From the IMG/VR virus record IMGVR_UViG_3300032116_000004, positions 124,001 through 188,000 of that record: DNA of 64,000 nucleotides. One strand, given 5' to 3'. The position numbers were made by a program, and so were the translations under genes. This document shows positions 47,678 to 57,488 of this stretch, in pieces. Position 1 is the first letter of the stretch, and each line of letters opens with the position of its first letter. Below the pieces are notes generated by a model that saw only the letters and a program-made list of their open reading frames with translations, had not been told where the DNA came from and did not search any database.

Positions 47678-48194
47678 ATTCGTTTCTGAGAAATGGAGCC
47701 GCAAATACAAACGCTCTATCAACTGTGCCCGGCCTCGTGGTTTCAGCCAGAAAGCGCACTGTGCTGGTCGTCGAAAGACCGACGAAGCCATAGGTGCCAA
47801 TTACAACACCGCTCGTAGCATCGCTCAGGACATCCATGATTATGTTCTGAACATAGGACAGACCATTAGTCTGCAAGGGTCTCGAGGTCGTCCATATGTA
47901 GAGCAACTGCAATCAGAAATGTTGCCCATGATCGAGGAACTGCGTGCGCTTGGCTACGACTATCACCCCGAAGCCCGAGACTACATGGTGCCATTGACCA
48001 TAGACAATGCTCTCGATCCCAGACTGACCGAAGAACAACTGGATGAGATACTCATGTTTAAAGGATCACCTTGCACCGTGGACTGCTCGGGTCACAGGGC
48101 AGGATACGAGTGGTGGTTCCGCAAACGCAAGACTCCCAACTCATGGAGCCCCAGTTTCAACAAGGGCGCTGCCTTGGCAGCCGCAGGTAAGTAA
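47664..48194 (+). CDS. Three-module protein with MKASEFVSE leader
   Basis: KWSRKYKRSINC..HC / KTDE / QLDE-ILMFKGSPCTVDCSGH. Confidence 0.7.
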   Translation: MKASEFVSEKWSRKYKRSINCARPRGFSQKAHCAGRRKTDEAIGANYNTARSIAQDIHDYVLNIGQTISLQGSRGRPYVEQLQSEMLPMIEELRALGYDYHPEARDYMVPLTIDNALDPRLTEEQLDEILMFKGSPCTVDCSGHRAGYEWWFRKRKTPNSWSPSFNKGAALAAAGK

Positions 48195-48198
48195 CGGT

Positions 48199-48282
48199 AT
48201 GGACTATCCTGTATATCCCGAAGATGACGGTTCGGATCGTTGTCGTAATCCCTACAGCCCTGTGGCAAAGAACACACCTTAG
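48199..48282 (+). CDS. Small peptide MDYPVYPEDDG... (27 aa)
   Basis: ATG after upstream stop with AGGT SD-like site. Confidence 0.4.
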   Translation: MDYPVYPEDDGSDRCRNPYSPVAKNTP

Positions 48283-48351
48283 GACCGCTATGGTGCGTGG
48301 CCGGCTGCTGGCCTGACTGACGGATTCGCTACCCCTAGGTCTAAAGTGAGC
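48275..48351 (+). ncRNA. Candidate structured RNA
   Basis: GC-rich largely intergenic segment with ttaggacc/ggtctaa enclosing ggccgg-ctg-ctggcc hairpin. Confidence 0.3.
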
Positions 48352-48363
48352 ATAATTATTTAG

Positions 48364-48612
48364 ATGTATAACATTGTACCATCGTCATGGCAAGGATCTG
48401 CCGATCAATGCACGGGTGAGATGGCATGGTTAAAAGAACTTGGGTCTAATTTCTATTGTGCTCTATGGCAAGCATGGCCAAAATATGATTTACCACTTGG
48501 ATACGATGGTTACGTCATCTCGTTTCACCTCGAGTCTGGTGATTTTGCTATAGAGTGCGAAAAGGTAAACCTAAGCACATCTGATCAGGTTATTAGATAT
48601 TTTAAATCTTGA
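48364..48612 (+). CDS. Hypothetical protein, possibly a gene remnant
   Basis: AT-richer short ORF without clear SD. Confidence 0.4.
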   Translation: MYNIVPSSWQGSADQCTGEMAWLKELGSNFYCALWQAWPKYDLPLGYDGYVISFHLESGDFAIECEKVNLSTSDQVIRYFKS

Positions 48613-48637
48613 CTAAATCTGGGATATCGTGTATTAT
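48609..48637 (+). promoter_or_regulatory. sigma70-like promoter of replication operon
   Basis: TTGACT-17-TATTAT. Confidence 0.65.
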
Positions 48638-48657
48638 ACGACAACAAAGGAGATATT

Positions 48658-48918
48658 ATGGATACCAAAACATTCAACGCCGAACAAAAAGCCAAACTCA
48701 CCCAAATCATCAATGAAGGCATGCAGGTCATGCACGAGATCGAAACGCTGACTGGCGGACTCAATGACACTGTCAAGGCCGTGGCCGAAGAAATGGAAAT
48801 CAAACCCAGCATTCTCAAAAAAGCCATCAAGGTTGCGCACAAGGCCGAGTTTGGTAAAACCCAGCAGGAGCAAGAACTGTTGGAAACGATTTTGACCACC
48901 GTGGGCAAAACTCTATAA
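48658..48918 (+). CDS. T4 DsbA/GapR-like small DNA-binding protein
   Basis: Helical 86 aa, VAEEMEIKPSILKKAIKVAHK; strong SD. Confidence 0.5.
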   Translation: MDTKTFNAEQKAKLTQIINEGMQVMHEIETLTGGLNDTVKAVAEEMEIKPSILKKAIKVAHKAEFGKTQQEQELLETILTTVGKTL

Positions 48919-48999
48919 TTACTGTTATCGAAACAGCGCATCGCCCACGTCACGGGCATGAATCAAGGTATGAGCGAGCCATAAGTCGCCTGGAGAACA

Positions 49000-51660
49000 A
49001 TGAGTTACGTAGACGCACTATTTGATCGTGATCACGATCGCATACATGTGGTAGAACGCCTGGATGGGCGTAGAGAATACCGAGAGTATCCTGCCACATA
49101 CATTTTTTATTACGACGATCCCCGAGGCAAGTTCCGTTCGATCTACGGCAACTCTGTTTCGAGATTTTCTACACGCAACAACAAAGAGTTCCGCAAAGAA
49201 CTGCGCATCCAGTCGGGCAAGCAAATCTATGAGTCCGACATCAATCCTGTGTTCCGTTGCTTCGAAGAAAACTACAAAGGACAAGATGCTCCTCGACTGC
49301 AGACAGCATTCTTTGACATCGAAGTAGACTTCGATGCTGAGCGCGGATTTTCCAAGCCCGAGGATCCATTCAATCCTATCACTGCCATATCGGTCTATCT
49401 TGACTGGTTAGATCAGTTGGTAACACTGGTGGTTCCGCCACGTCACATGAGCCAGGAGACTGCTCAAGAGATTGCCAGCGAGTTTGACAATACCTTGGTA
49501 TTTGAACGTGAAGAGGACATGTTAAAAACATTCCTGGATCTAATAGATGATGCAGACGTGCTGTCAGGGTGGAACTCAGAAGGCTTTGATATTCCTTATG
49601 TGATCATGCGTACCACTCGTGTATTGAGCAAAGATGACACACGAAAGATGTGCTTGTGGGGACAACTGCCCAAGCAACGCACCTTTGAACGATTCGGCGC
49701 AGAAAATCTCACTTTCGATCTCATTGGACGTGTGCATATGGATTACATGCAACTCTACAGGAAATATACCTATGAAGAAAGACACTCCTATAGTCTGGAT
49801 GCCATCCTCGAATATGAAGGACTTGAAGGAAAAACTAAATTTGAAGGAACCCTGGACCAACTCTACAACCAAAACTTCAAAACATTCATACAGTATAACC
49901 GACAGGACGTCAACGGTCTGGCCCAGATGGACAAAAAACTCCGGTTCCTGGATCTAGCCAACGAACTAGCCCACGCCAACACTGTGTTGCTACAGACCAC
50001 CATGGGTGCTGTGGCAGTCACAGAGCAAGCAATCATCAACGAAGCCCACGAACGTGGTATGGTAGTTCCCAACAGGAAAGAGAGACTCACAGATGAAGAC
50101 ACGCAAGCCGCAGGTGCCTATGTTGCTTATCCCAAAAAAGGCATCCACGAATGGGTCGGTGCCATCGACATCAACTCACTGTATCCCTCGGCTATTAGAG
50201 CCCTCAACATGGCGCCAGAAACCATCGTCGGGCAACTGCGCCCCATAATGACTGACCGGTATATCCGAGACAAGCAGACTTCCGGTGCGAGCTTCGCGGC
50301 TGCCTGGGAAGGCCTGTTCGGCAGTCTTGAGTATACAGCCGTGATGGAACAACAGCGTGGCACAGAGATCACCATAGACTGGCAGGACGGTGAAGAGACC
50401 GTGCATAGTGCCGCAGAAGTGTGGAAGATGGTTTTTGACTCAAATCAGCCATGGATCCTCAGCGCCAATGGAACTATATTCACTTTTGAAACCGAAGGTG
50501 TGATTCCGGGACTGTTGGCACGCTGGTATAGAGAGCGCAAGGAACTCCAGAATCATCTCAAACAAGCCACTAGCAAAGCCGATCAGGAATTTTGGGACAA
50601 ACGACAGTTGGTCAAGAAGATCAACTTGAACAGTCTGTATGGTGCCATCCTCAACCCCGGTTGTAGATTTTTCGACAAGCGCATCGGTCAATCAACCACG
50701 CTCACGGGTCGGGCCATCGCACATCACATGGATGCCTTTGTCAACGAGTGTGTCACAGGAAAATACGATCACACAGGTGATGCTATCATCTATGGCGATA
50801 CAGATTCTGTATATTTTTCTGCCTGGCCTGCGCTGAAACAAGAAGTGGAACAAGGACGCATGACATGGTCCAAAGAGATCTGTGTGCAACTCTATGATTC
50901 GATCGCAGAACAAGTCAACCAGAGTTTTCCAGCATTCATGGAACAGGCATTCCATTGCCCTAGAGAGATGGGCGAGATCATCCGAGGCGGTCGAGAGCTG
51001 GTGGCAGATCGCAGTTTGTTCATCACCAAGAAGCGTTATGCTGTCAACATCTACGACAAAGAAGGCAAACGCAAAGATGTTGAGGGCAAAACAGGACAGA
51101 TCAAGGCCATGGGGCTAGATCTCAAGCGCAGTGACACACCCAAGATCATCCAGGACTTCCTATGGTCATTGTTGGAAAGAGTGTTGGCCGGTGCCCAACG
51201 AGATGAAATCATAGAACGCATCAAAGAATTCAAATATGAATTCAAAGAACGCCCAGGTTGGGAGAAAGGTTCGCCCAAACGTGTGAACAATCTCACACAG
51301 TATGCCAAGAAAGAAGAACGTGAAGGCCGTGCTAACATGCCAGGTCATGTGCGAGCAGCCATGAACTGGAACTCCATGCGACGCATGAATTCAGACAACT
51401 ACTCCATGCAAATTGTGGATGGCATGAAGACCATCGTTTGCAAACTGAAATCTAATGCCCTGGGCTGGACGTCCATTGGATATCCCACAGATGAATTGCA
51501 CTTGCCTGCTTGGTTCCGAGAATTGCCATTTGATGATGCAGAAATGGAAGCCACAGTAGTGGATCAAAAGATAGACAATCTGTTGTCGGTACTGGACTGG
51601 GATCTTTCATCGGCCACCGATACCACCAACACTTTCCAATCATTTTTTGACTTAGCATGA
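49000..51660 (+). CDS. Family B DNA polymerase
   Basis: FDIE exonuclease, GWNSEGFD, DINSLYPS, KINLNSLYG, YGDTDS, KKRY. Confidence 0.97.
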   Translation: MSYVDALFDRDHDRIHVVERLDGRREYREYPATYIFYYDDPRGKFRSIYGNSVSRFSTRNNKEFRKELRIQSGKQIYESDINPVFRCFEENYKGQDAPRLQTAFFDIEVDFDAERGFSKPEDPFNPITAISVYLDWLDQLVTLVVPPRHMSQETAQEIASEFDNTLVFEREEDMLKTFLDLIDDADVLSGWNSEGFDIPYVIMRTTRVLSKDDTRKMCLWGQLPKQRTFERFGAENLTFDLIGRVHMDYMQLYRKYTYEERHSYSLDAILEYEGLEGKTKFEGTLDQLYNQNFKTFIQYNRQDVNGLAQMDKKLRFLDLANELAHANTVLLQTTMGAVAVTEQAIINEAHERGMVVPNRKERLTDEDTQAAGAYVAYPKKGIHEWVGAIDINSLYPSAIRALNMAPETIVGQLRPIMTDRYIRDKQTSGASFAAAWEGLFGSLEYTAVMEQQRGTEITIDWQDGEETVHSAAEVWKMVFDSNQPWILSANGTIFTFETEGVIPGLLARWYRERKELQNHLKQATSKADQEFWDKRQLVKKINLNSLYGAILNPGCRFFDKRIGQSTTLTGRAIAHHMDAFVNECVTGKYDHTGDAIIYGDTDSVYFSAWPALKQEVEQGRMTWSKEICVQLYDSIAEQVNQSFPAFMEQAFHCPREMGEIIRGGRELVADRSLFITKKRYAVNIYDKEGKRKDVEGKTGQIKAMGLDLKRSDTPKIIQDFLWSLLERVLAGAQRDEIIERIKEFKYEFKERPGWEKGSPKRVNNLTQYAKKEEREGRANMPGHVRAAMNWNSMRRMNSDNYSMQIVDGMKTIVCKLKSNALGWTSIGYPTDELHLPAWFRELPFDDAEMEATVVDQKIDNLLSVLDWDLSSATDTTNTFQSFFDLA

Positions 51661-52601
51661 AACTCAGCAGATTAATCACCTACAAACACATGGTCGACGG
51701 GTTGCATATCAGTCACATCCAGGACCAAATAGAAACTGAACTAAAACAGATCCACACTGATCTTTCCATACAAAATATAGATTTTGATAATCTCAAATCT
51801 GAAATCGAAAAGCAGAGCCAAATGATACGGCAAAGCATGACAGCCATTGAATCATTGCTGGCTCAATTTAAAAAAAATCTACATGGCTTCGTGGACAGCA
51901 TAGAAGAGCCTTATTACGCCCGGAGCGAAAGCCTTTATCAAGAGAGTCGCAAAGATTCTGCTGAATACACGCTGGATCAATTGCAGTTCAAAAAACTGCT
52001 GTATGAACCGGCCACCAATGAATTTTTCCAAAGCCGACTGAAATTGCATTCGAACTTCAAATGGCCGGCCTTGGAGATTCGTCCTGGATTTGGAGATCTC
52101 ACTCCATGTCTTGTGGCCTGCGATCCTTTGTATCTAGTTGACACCAATGATGCACTCCTGCAACCTGTCAAAAAAATGTTTACTCCAGAATACCAGCGAC
52201 GCATCAGATATTACACCATCGACGAATCGGCCAAGCACATTCTCAACCAATTGCCCCGACAACAGTTTGGTATTATAGTAGCAGTGAATTTTTTTAACTT
52301 CCGTCCTCTTCCTTTGATCAAAAAATACGTGCAGGAATCGTTCTCGCTGTTGAAACCTGGAGGATCCTTGATTTTTACCTATAATAACTGTGACTATCCA
52401 ATAGGTGTTGACAATTTTGAAAATTCGTATTATTGTTATACACCAGGACATCAAATCGCTGAAATCTGTAAACAAGCAGGATTCAGGATAGCGGCCAGTT
52501 TTGATCTAGAGAACAATGTGAGTTGGCTCGAACTACAAAGACCGGGAAGACTGAGTAGCATACGTGGCGGACAGGCTTTAGGCAAAATACAATCACTTTA
52601 A
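51657..52601 (+). CDS. Class I SAM-dependent methyltransferase with N-terminal coiled coil
   Basis: LEIRPGFG, LVD, LLKPGG. Confidence 0.65.
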   Translation: MKLSRLITYKHMVDGLHISHIQDQIETELKQIHTDLSIQNIDFDNLKSEIEKQSQMIRQSMTAIESLLAQFKKNLHGFVDSIEEPYYARSESLYQESRKDSAEYTLDQLQFKKLLYEPATNEFFQSRLKLHSNFKWPALEIRPGFGDLTPCLVACDPLYLVDTNDALLQPVKKMFTPEYQRRIRYYTIDESAKHILNQLPRQQFGIIVAVNFFNFRPLPLIKKYVQESFSLLKPGGSLIFTYNNCDYPIGVDNFENSYYCYTPGHQIAEICKQAGFRIAASFDLENNVSWLELQRPGRLSSIRGGQALGKIQSL

Positions 52602-52612
52602 CGGAGAACCAA

Positions 52613-53344
52613 ATGAGAGACTTTTTATTAGACTTAGTAGAACACACACATGATCTCGGTTGCATCGACCTAATCAAGATCACAGGCACAGACAAAGAAA
52701 CTGTGATAGATGCCTTGGCTGAGGACAAGAGCGTGGTCGTGAATGCACGATTCGCCACGCCAGTGGCTGAATTCATGGGCACGTTCGGCATGCCCAATCT
52801 CAGCAAATTAAAGATCCTGATTAACTTGCAGGAGTATCGCGAACACGCCACCATCACTGTGAATCGCCAAGACCGTAATGGTGTGGACTCGCCGGTAGGC
52901 ATGCATTTTGAGAACAAAGTAGGAGACTTCAAGAACGACTATCGATTCATGGTCGCAGAAGTGGTCAGCGAAAAACTCAAACAGTTTAAGATGAAACCAG
53001 TGACCTGGCATGTGGAATTCGAGCCCACAGTGGCCGCTATCCAGCGTCTCAAGATGCAGGCACAGGCCAATGCCGAAGAAACTTCATTCATGGCCAAAAC
53101 CGAAGGCACTGATCTCAAGTTTTTCTTTGGTGATCACTCCACACACGCAGGCAACTTCGTGTTCCAACCTGCGGTCAGCGGCAAACTCACCCGTCCATGG
53201 TTATGGCCAGTCCAGCAGTTCATCGCTATCATGAATCTCACTGGTGACAAGACTGTGCGTTTCAGCGACGATGGTATTGCCAAGATCACTGTGAACTCAG
53301 GCATCGCCACTTACGATTACATGTTACCGGCCTTGAGCAAGTGA
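52613..53344 (+). CDS. Sliding clamp (gp45-like)
   Basis: 243 aa beta-rich protein next to polymerase; clamp loader present in window. Confidence 0.6.
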   Translation: MRDFLLDLVEHTHDLGCIDLIKITGTDKETVIDALAEDKSVVVNARFATPVAEFMGTFGMPNLSKLKILINLQEYREHATITVNRQDRNGVDSPVGMHFENKVGDFKNDYRFMVAEVVSEKLKQFKMKPVTWHVEFEPTVAAIQRLKMQAQANAEETSFMAKTEGTDLKFFFGDHSTHAGNFVFQPAVSGKLTRPWLWPVQQFIAIMNLTGDKTVRFSDDGIAKITVNSGIATYDYMLPALSK

Positions 53345-53982
53345 TCAGAAATGTAGTCCGTTACCAGCCTCCTGATATCTGGGGAGTGTTGTGTATAGAC
53401 ATCTGGCAAGATGCTCGCACCGACGAGTTTTACCAAACGTTCCTCCAGAGATTGTCTAAATATCCAGTGGGTGCTGTGGTTAACTGCACCTTGGATCTGG
53501 TGATTGACTATGCGGATGTGAGCGTGTATAATACACTTGATAGATACCACTGGCGATCAACAGATACCCAAGAACAAATACGCAACATGATGCTACTAGA
53601 TCTCGTCAAAGCCAGTGGGCAAAACAGGACCAGTCGCTTGATACATGATGCTTTGTTTGACCAAAACACTGTGCATATCAGCCAAAAGCAAACATTTAAC
53701 TATCATGTGGATCGGTTCTTTCCTGACATAAAGGATTGGATCGTGCTTGGCAGTGCCTGGGGCAAGTGTTTACACTACGGACCATTGGGTATAGATAAAT
53801 TGGTAGATCTACCAAATTGGAGATTCCATATCTTTCCTCAATGGAGTATACAGACAGAAACTCAGCAGGCACCGGATCTGCAACAGATACACGACGATTA
53901 TTTTGTATGGGCACCCATCGAAGATGATGGGTATAGACTGATAACAAGAGCACAAAATCACAAATGGATAGAGACGACTTAA
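53341..53982 (+). CDS. Hypothetical protein
   Basis: GTG-start coupled ORF. Confidence 0.6.
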   Translation: MIRNVVRYQPPDIWGVLCIDIWQDARTDEFYQTFLQRLSKYPVGAVVNCTLDLVIDYADVSVYNTLDRYHWRSTDTQEQIRNMMLLDLVKASGQNRTSRLIHDALFDQNTVHISQKQTFNYHVDRFFPDIKDWIVLGSAWGKCLHYGPLGIDKLVDLPNWRFHIFPQWSIQTETQQAPDLQQIHDDYFVWAPIEDDGYRLITRAQNHKWIETT

Positions 53983-55487
53983 CATCTAAACAGCAAGACT
54001 ATGCTGTGTTCCTCCCGGCCATCTCCAGTTTCTACGCTGGATACATCGGTCGCGAACGCCATGGTGTAGGACTGGATGCAGGTCGGTTGCCCTCGGCCAT
54101 TGGTGACATGGAAGCCATGAACTGGCTCAATCCTACCAAGGCTTTGTTTCCCTATCGTTGGAGCTTGTATTCCGCAGGACACGCCAATCTAGATTTGAAT
54201 AAGTTTGATGCCAAAGAGGACATGATCCGCAACAGAGATCCCAACACCATCATGCTGGCAGACTCAGGTGGATTCCAGATCGCCAAAGGTGTATGGCCCG
54301 GGCGCTGGGCAGATCCCACAGATAAAAAGTCAGAGCAACAACGAGAAAAAGTTCTTAAATGGCAGATGGGCATAGCCACATACGGAATGACCATGGACAT
54401 ACCCACATGGACATTCCGAGACCCCAAGGCTGCTGAAGCATCGGGTATTCACAGTTATGATGATGCTGTCACAGCCACACAATACAACAACGAATTCTGG
54501 ATCGCTAATCGCTACGGCGATACCCGGATCTTGAACGTGCTCCAAGGCGGTAACCATGCCGAGGCCGATCATTGGTATGATCTCATGAAACACTATTCTG
54601 ATCCCAAGCGTTATCCAGATCGGCATTTCAATGGATGGGGCATGGGTGGCCAGAACATGTGTGACGTGCATCTCATACTCCGCCGCTTGATACATCTCAT
54701 ACATGATGGACTGTTAGAAAAAGGTGTGCATGACTGGATGCACTTCTTGGGCACTTCAAAGTTGGAATATGCCTGTCTGCTCACAGACGTCCAACGTGCC
54801 ATAAGAAAATATCACAATGCCAATTTCACCATAAGTTTTGACTGTGCCAGCCCGTTCCTGGCCACTGCCAATGGACAGATATACACACAGCTCAGGACTG
54901 AAAACAGAGGCAAGTGGAGTTACATGATGAGCCCCACAGCAGACGATAAAAAATATGCCACGGACACTCGTGCATTCCGAGATGCTGTGCTACAGGACCG
55001 GATACATGACACATTTGAAGATAGCCCTATATCTGCCCGTATGAAGATCCAGGATGTGTGCATCTATAAACCCGGCGATTTGAACAAAATTGGCAAAGAA
55101 GGTCGCACATCGTGGGACTCTTTCTCTTACGCACTAATGATGGGTCACAATGTGTGGCATCATATCCGGGCGGTACAAGAAGCCAATCGGAGATATGATG
55201 CAGGAGAAGTTCCCGGAATGCTTGTGCGAGAAACCTTTGATCGTGTATACTTTAGAGACTTAGTAGATACCATTTTCCAACAACGTGATCGCAATCGTAG
55301 TTTGACTATCATAGATGAAAACTCTAAATTCTGGGACCAGATCATCGGCACACGAGGGTTCACGGGTAAACGCACTACCAATGCGCATACTCAATTCAAC
55401 GCTTTCTTTGATGTGGAAGATGATGACAGTTCCGAAGAAGAATTTGATCAATCCAAACTAGACGCCCTGGAGAACCTAAATGTATGA
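53964..55487 (+). CDS. TGT-fold guanine transglycosylase (DpdA-like)
   Basis: LADSGGFQ, TMDIP, VLQG, GWGMGG, HFLG, SFDCASP, HN. Confidence 0.75.
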   Translation: MDRDDLTSKQQDYAVFLPAISSFYAGYIGRERHGVGLDAGRLPSAIGDMEAMNWLNPTKALFPYRWSLYSAGHANLDLNKFDAKEDMIRNRDPNTIMLADSGGFQIAKGVWPGRWADPTDKKSEQQREKVLKWQMGIATYGMTMDIPTWTFRDPKAAEASGIHSYDDAVTATQYNNEFWIANRYGDTRILNVLQGGNHAEADHWYDLMKHYSDPKRYPDRHFNGWGMGGQNMCDVHLILRRLIHLIHDGLLEKGVHDWMHFLGTSKLEYACLLTDVQRAIRKYHNANFTISFDCASPFLATANGQIYTQLRTENRGKWSYMMSPTADDKKYATDTRAFRDAVLQDRIHDTFEDSPISARMKIQDVCIYKPGDLNKIGKEGRTSWDSFSYALMMGHNVWHHIRAVQEANRRYDAGEVPGMLVRETFDRVYFRDLVDTIFQQRDRNRSLTIIDENSKFWDQIIGTRGFTGKRTTNAHTQFNAFFDVEDDDSSEEEFDQSKLDALENLNV

Positions 55488-55683
55488 GAATCGCATCAAG
55501 CACCTAGAGCATGTCCACGAAATGCTGGACAAAAAAATTGATGTCATGGAACGGACCGGTGTGTTCGAAGACAACAACATACACGATCTCAAAAAACAAC
55601 GATTGCAGGTCAGAGACCAGTTGGCCGAATTGCGCAGGAAACAGCATGAACATGATCAAGAAGTTGACCAAGGAGATGATTGA
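55480..55683 (+). CDS. DUF465/YdcH-like small coiled-coil protein
   Basis: HEMLDKKI...LKKQRLQVRDQL. Confidence 0.65.
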   Translation: MYENRIKHLEHVHEMLDKKIDVMERTGVFEDNNIHDLKKQRLQVRDQLAELRRKQHEHDQEVDQGDD

Positions 55684-56195
55684 TGGATAGGCCCGGACAC
55701 AACAACGCAGAATTCTTTTTCGGCCGAGAAGTGGAACATACTCCGGCCTTGGACCAGCACACGCTGTTCGTGATAGGTTATCAGTCAGTGGAATCCATAG
55801 AACAGGCCTTGGCCCAATCCACACAGGATACCCAGCACATCTTTTTTGGGGCCAATGATTCATATCGTCCCAAGACCAATCCTGACTATGTTGGTTGGGA
55901 AAATGTCATACAAACTTTCCTGGGTCGTGGATATTGGTGTAGCCTGGATATACCTTTCCAGTATGTGGAAGAATTCCACGAGGGTGGGCTGTGTGAGCAT
56001 GATAGATTCATCCCCATCATCAAGATTCCCATTCCTTATATAAAATTGTGGAACTACAACACTTGTATCAAGATCGATGACAAGGATTTTGCGGCTACCA
56101 ATCCTGGAGTATGGGTCCATAATCTACATGATGTGCTAGATAGAGAAAAATTCACTGATTGGTCTAAATACGATAAAGATCTTGTAGTATCATGA
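55680..56195 (+). CDS. Hypothetical protein
   Basis: Coupled ORF. Confidence 0.7.
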   Translation: MMDRPGHNNAEFFFGREVEHTPALDQHTLFVIGYQSVESIEQALAQSTQDTQHIFFGANDSYRPKTNPDYVGWENVIQTFLGRGYWCSLDIPFQYVEEFHEGGLCEHDRFIPIIKIPIPYIKLWNYNTCIKIDDKDFAATNPGVWVHNLHDVLDREKFTDWSKYDKDLVVS

Positions 56196-56353
56196 GTTGG
56201 ATTTTTATGATGTTTATGCACGGCTATATAATAGAAGTGGACAGTTTTATCTCCAGGCAGGCATGTGTAGATAAAATGAAACAATACAATAGAGCCGCCG
56301 AACAGAGTGGCAGTATTTTCCTAGTATGGTGCGAATCAAGGCCTCGTGCTTGA
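56192..56353 (+). CDS. Small hypothetical protein (53 aa), not in ORF track
   Basis: ATGA overlap; fills the gap between genes. Confidence 0.5.
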   Translation: MSWIFMMFMHGYIIEVDSFISRQACVDKMKQYNRAAEQSGSIFLVWCESRPRA

Positions 56354-56377
56354 GACCTTTTATGTGGGGAGAAATTT

Positions 56378-56719
56378 TTGAAATACTGGACCGAACTTTC
56401 AGAAAGCGATCGCGCTCATGTTGCGTGGACTCTGAGTTTGGTATTGGCTGCCACTGTGCTGGTGCTTTATGCCATAGCCGCCAGTCGTGGACAGGATGTG
56501 GATTATTTCAAGACTCGCTTGGGACTCATGGAACAGCGTTTGAACTACATGGATCAAAAGATAGACAAAGTAGCACAGGGGCAACACGATCAAAAAGAAC
56601 ATCTCAATGAGATCCGTAGGATGCATGAAGCACAACAGCGGCAACTCGAAGACCAGCAAAAATGGCTGGATTTTTATAAAACCTTACCACAACTACCCAA
56701 ACCACCTACCAAGAGGTAA
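56378..56719 (+). CDS. Single-TM coiled-coil protein
   Basis: Hydrophobic helix then heptads. Confidence 0.65.
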   Translation: MKYWTELSESDRAHVAWTLSLVLAATVLVLYAIAASRGQDVDYFKTRLGLMEQRLNYMDQKIDKVAQGQHDQKEHLNEIRRMHEAQQRQLEDQQKWLDFYKTLPQLPKPPTKR

Positions 56720-56721
56720 TC

Positions 56722-57264
56722 ATGGCTCGACTTTATAGAATCACTCCATTGCAAAAAAAATCAGTGGAATATTTCGTGGATGTTTATGAAAAACTTCCAG
56801 ACGGAAGGATCAGAGGGTTTGATGTAACCGAAACTTGGCGATGGGGGCAGGCTTTCAGAGAAGAAGATGAACCAGTATATGAAAGCGAAGGCACTGTATT
56901 TTGTCGTCCTGAAGTTGGGTGGGGTTGCGAACTGGATGATTTGGTAGCCGTGCATGTGAATTATGGTTGCTGGGACATGGATGGCAATGTCTATGATGAT
57001 GGATTCACAGAAGAAGAAAAAGCCCAAATAGAAGCACTGTTGCGATGGGAAACCGAAGATGAAGATGGTCGTTGCGGAACCGGGTGGATCTATGACGGTG
57101 ATCATAATTGGGAAATCGAAGACGAGCACGTGGCCATATTGGAACCATACAAGGTTGACCTAGTGGATGAAGATGCTTATAATGAAGTAATAGAAGAGAA
57201 TGTCGCACTTGAAAAATTAACCCCATCAAATGGTTGGCCATTTCCAACTGAGGAATCTAAATAA
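56722..57264 (+). CDS. Acidic hypothetical protein
   Basis: GAGG SD, ORF. Confidence 0.7.
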   Translation: MARLYRITPLQKKSVEYFVDVYEKLPDGRIRGFDVTETWRWGQAFREEDEPVYESEGTVFCRPEVGWGCELDDLVAVHVNYGCWDMDGNVYDDGFTEEEKAQIEALLRWETEDEDGRCGTGWIYDGDHNWEIEDEHVAILEPYKVDLVDEDAYNEVIEENVALEKLTPSNGWPFPTEESK

Positions 57265-57488
57265 TGAATGTGAAAGAACTAGCAGAACAAGCGATCTATC
57301 GGGCTCAACACTTGCAAGAGTTTGAGGTATTGCGCGATGAAAACGACATGATGCTCAACGGAACCATACGCTATGACATTCGGCACAGGCCTGGCACACC
57401 ATATCGTATCACAGTGCCTGCAATGACACAGGCCGAAGCCGAAGTTCGTGTGGACGAGTGGATTGAAGAAATGAGGAATGTAGAATGA
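57264..57488 (+). CDS. Hypothetical protein
   Basis: Coupled ORF. Confidence 0.65.
   Translation: MNVKELAEQAIYRAQHLQEFEVLRDENDMMLNGTIRYDIRHRPGTPYRITVPAMTQAEAEVRVDEWIEEMRNVE

Noticed and set aside
48299-48351. HDV-like or hammerhead ribozyme
   Set aside because: Starts GGCCGGC but lacks a complementary P1 strand; ctgactga is not followed by a GAAA core
49000-51660. Intein or intron in DNA polymerase
   Set aside because: Normal length, contiguous motifs, no intein signatures
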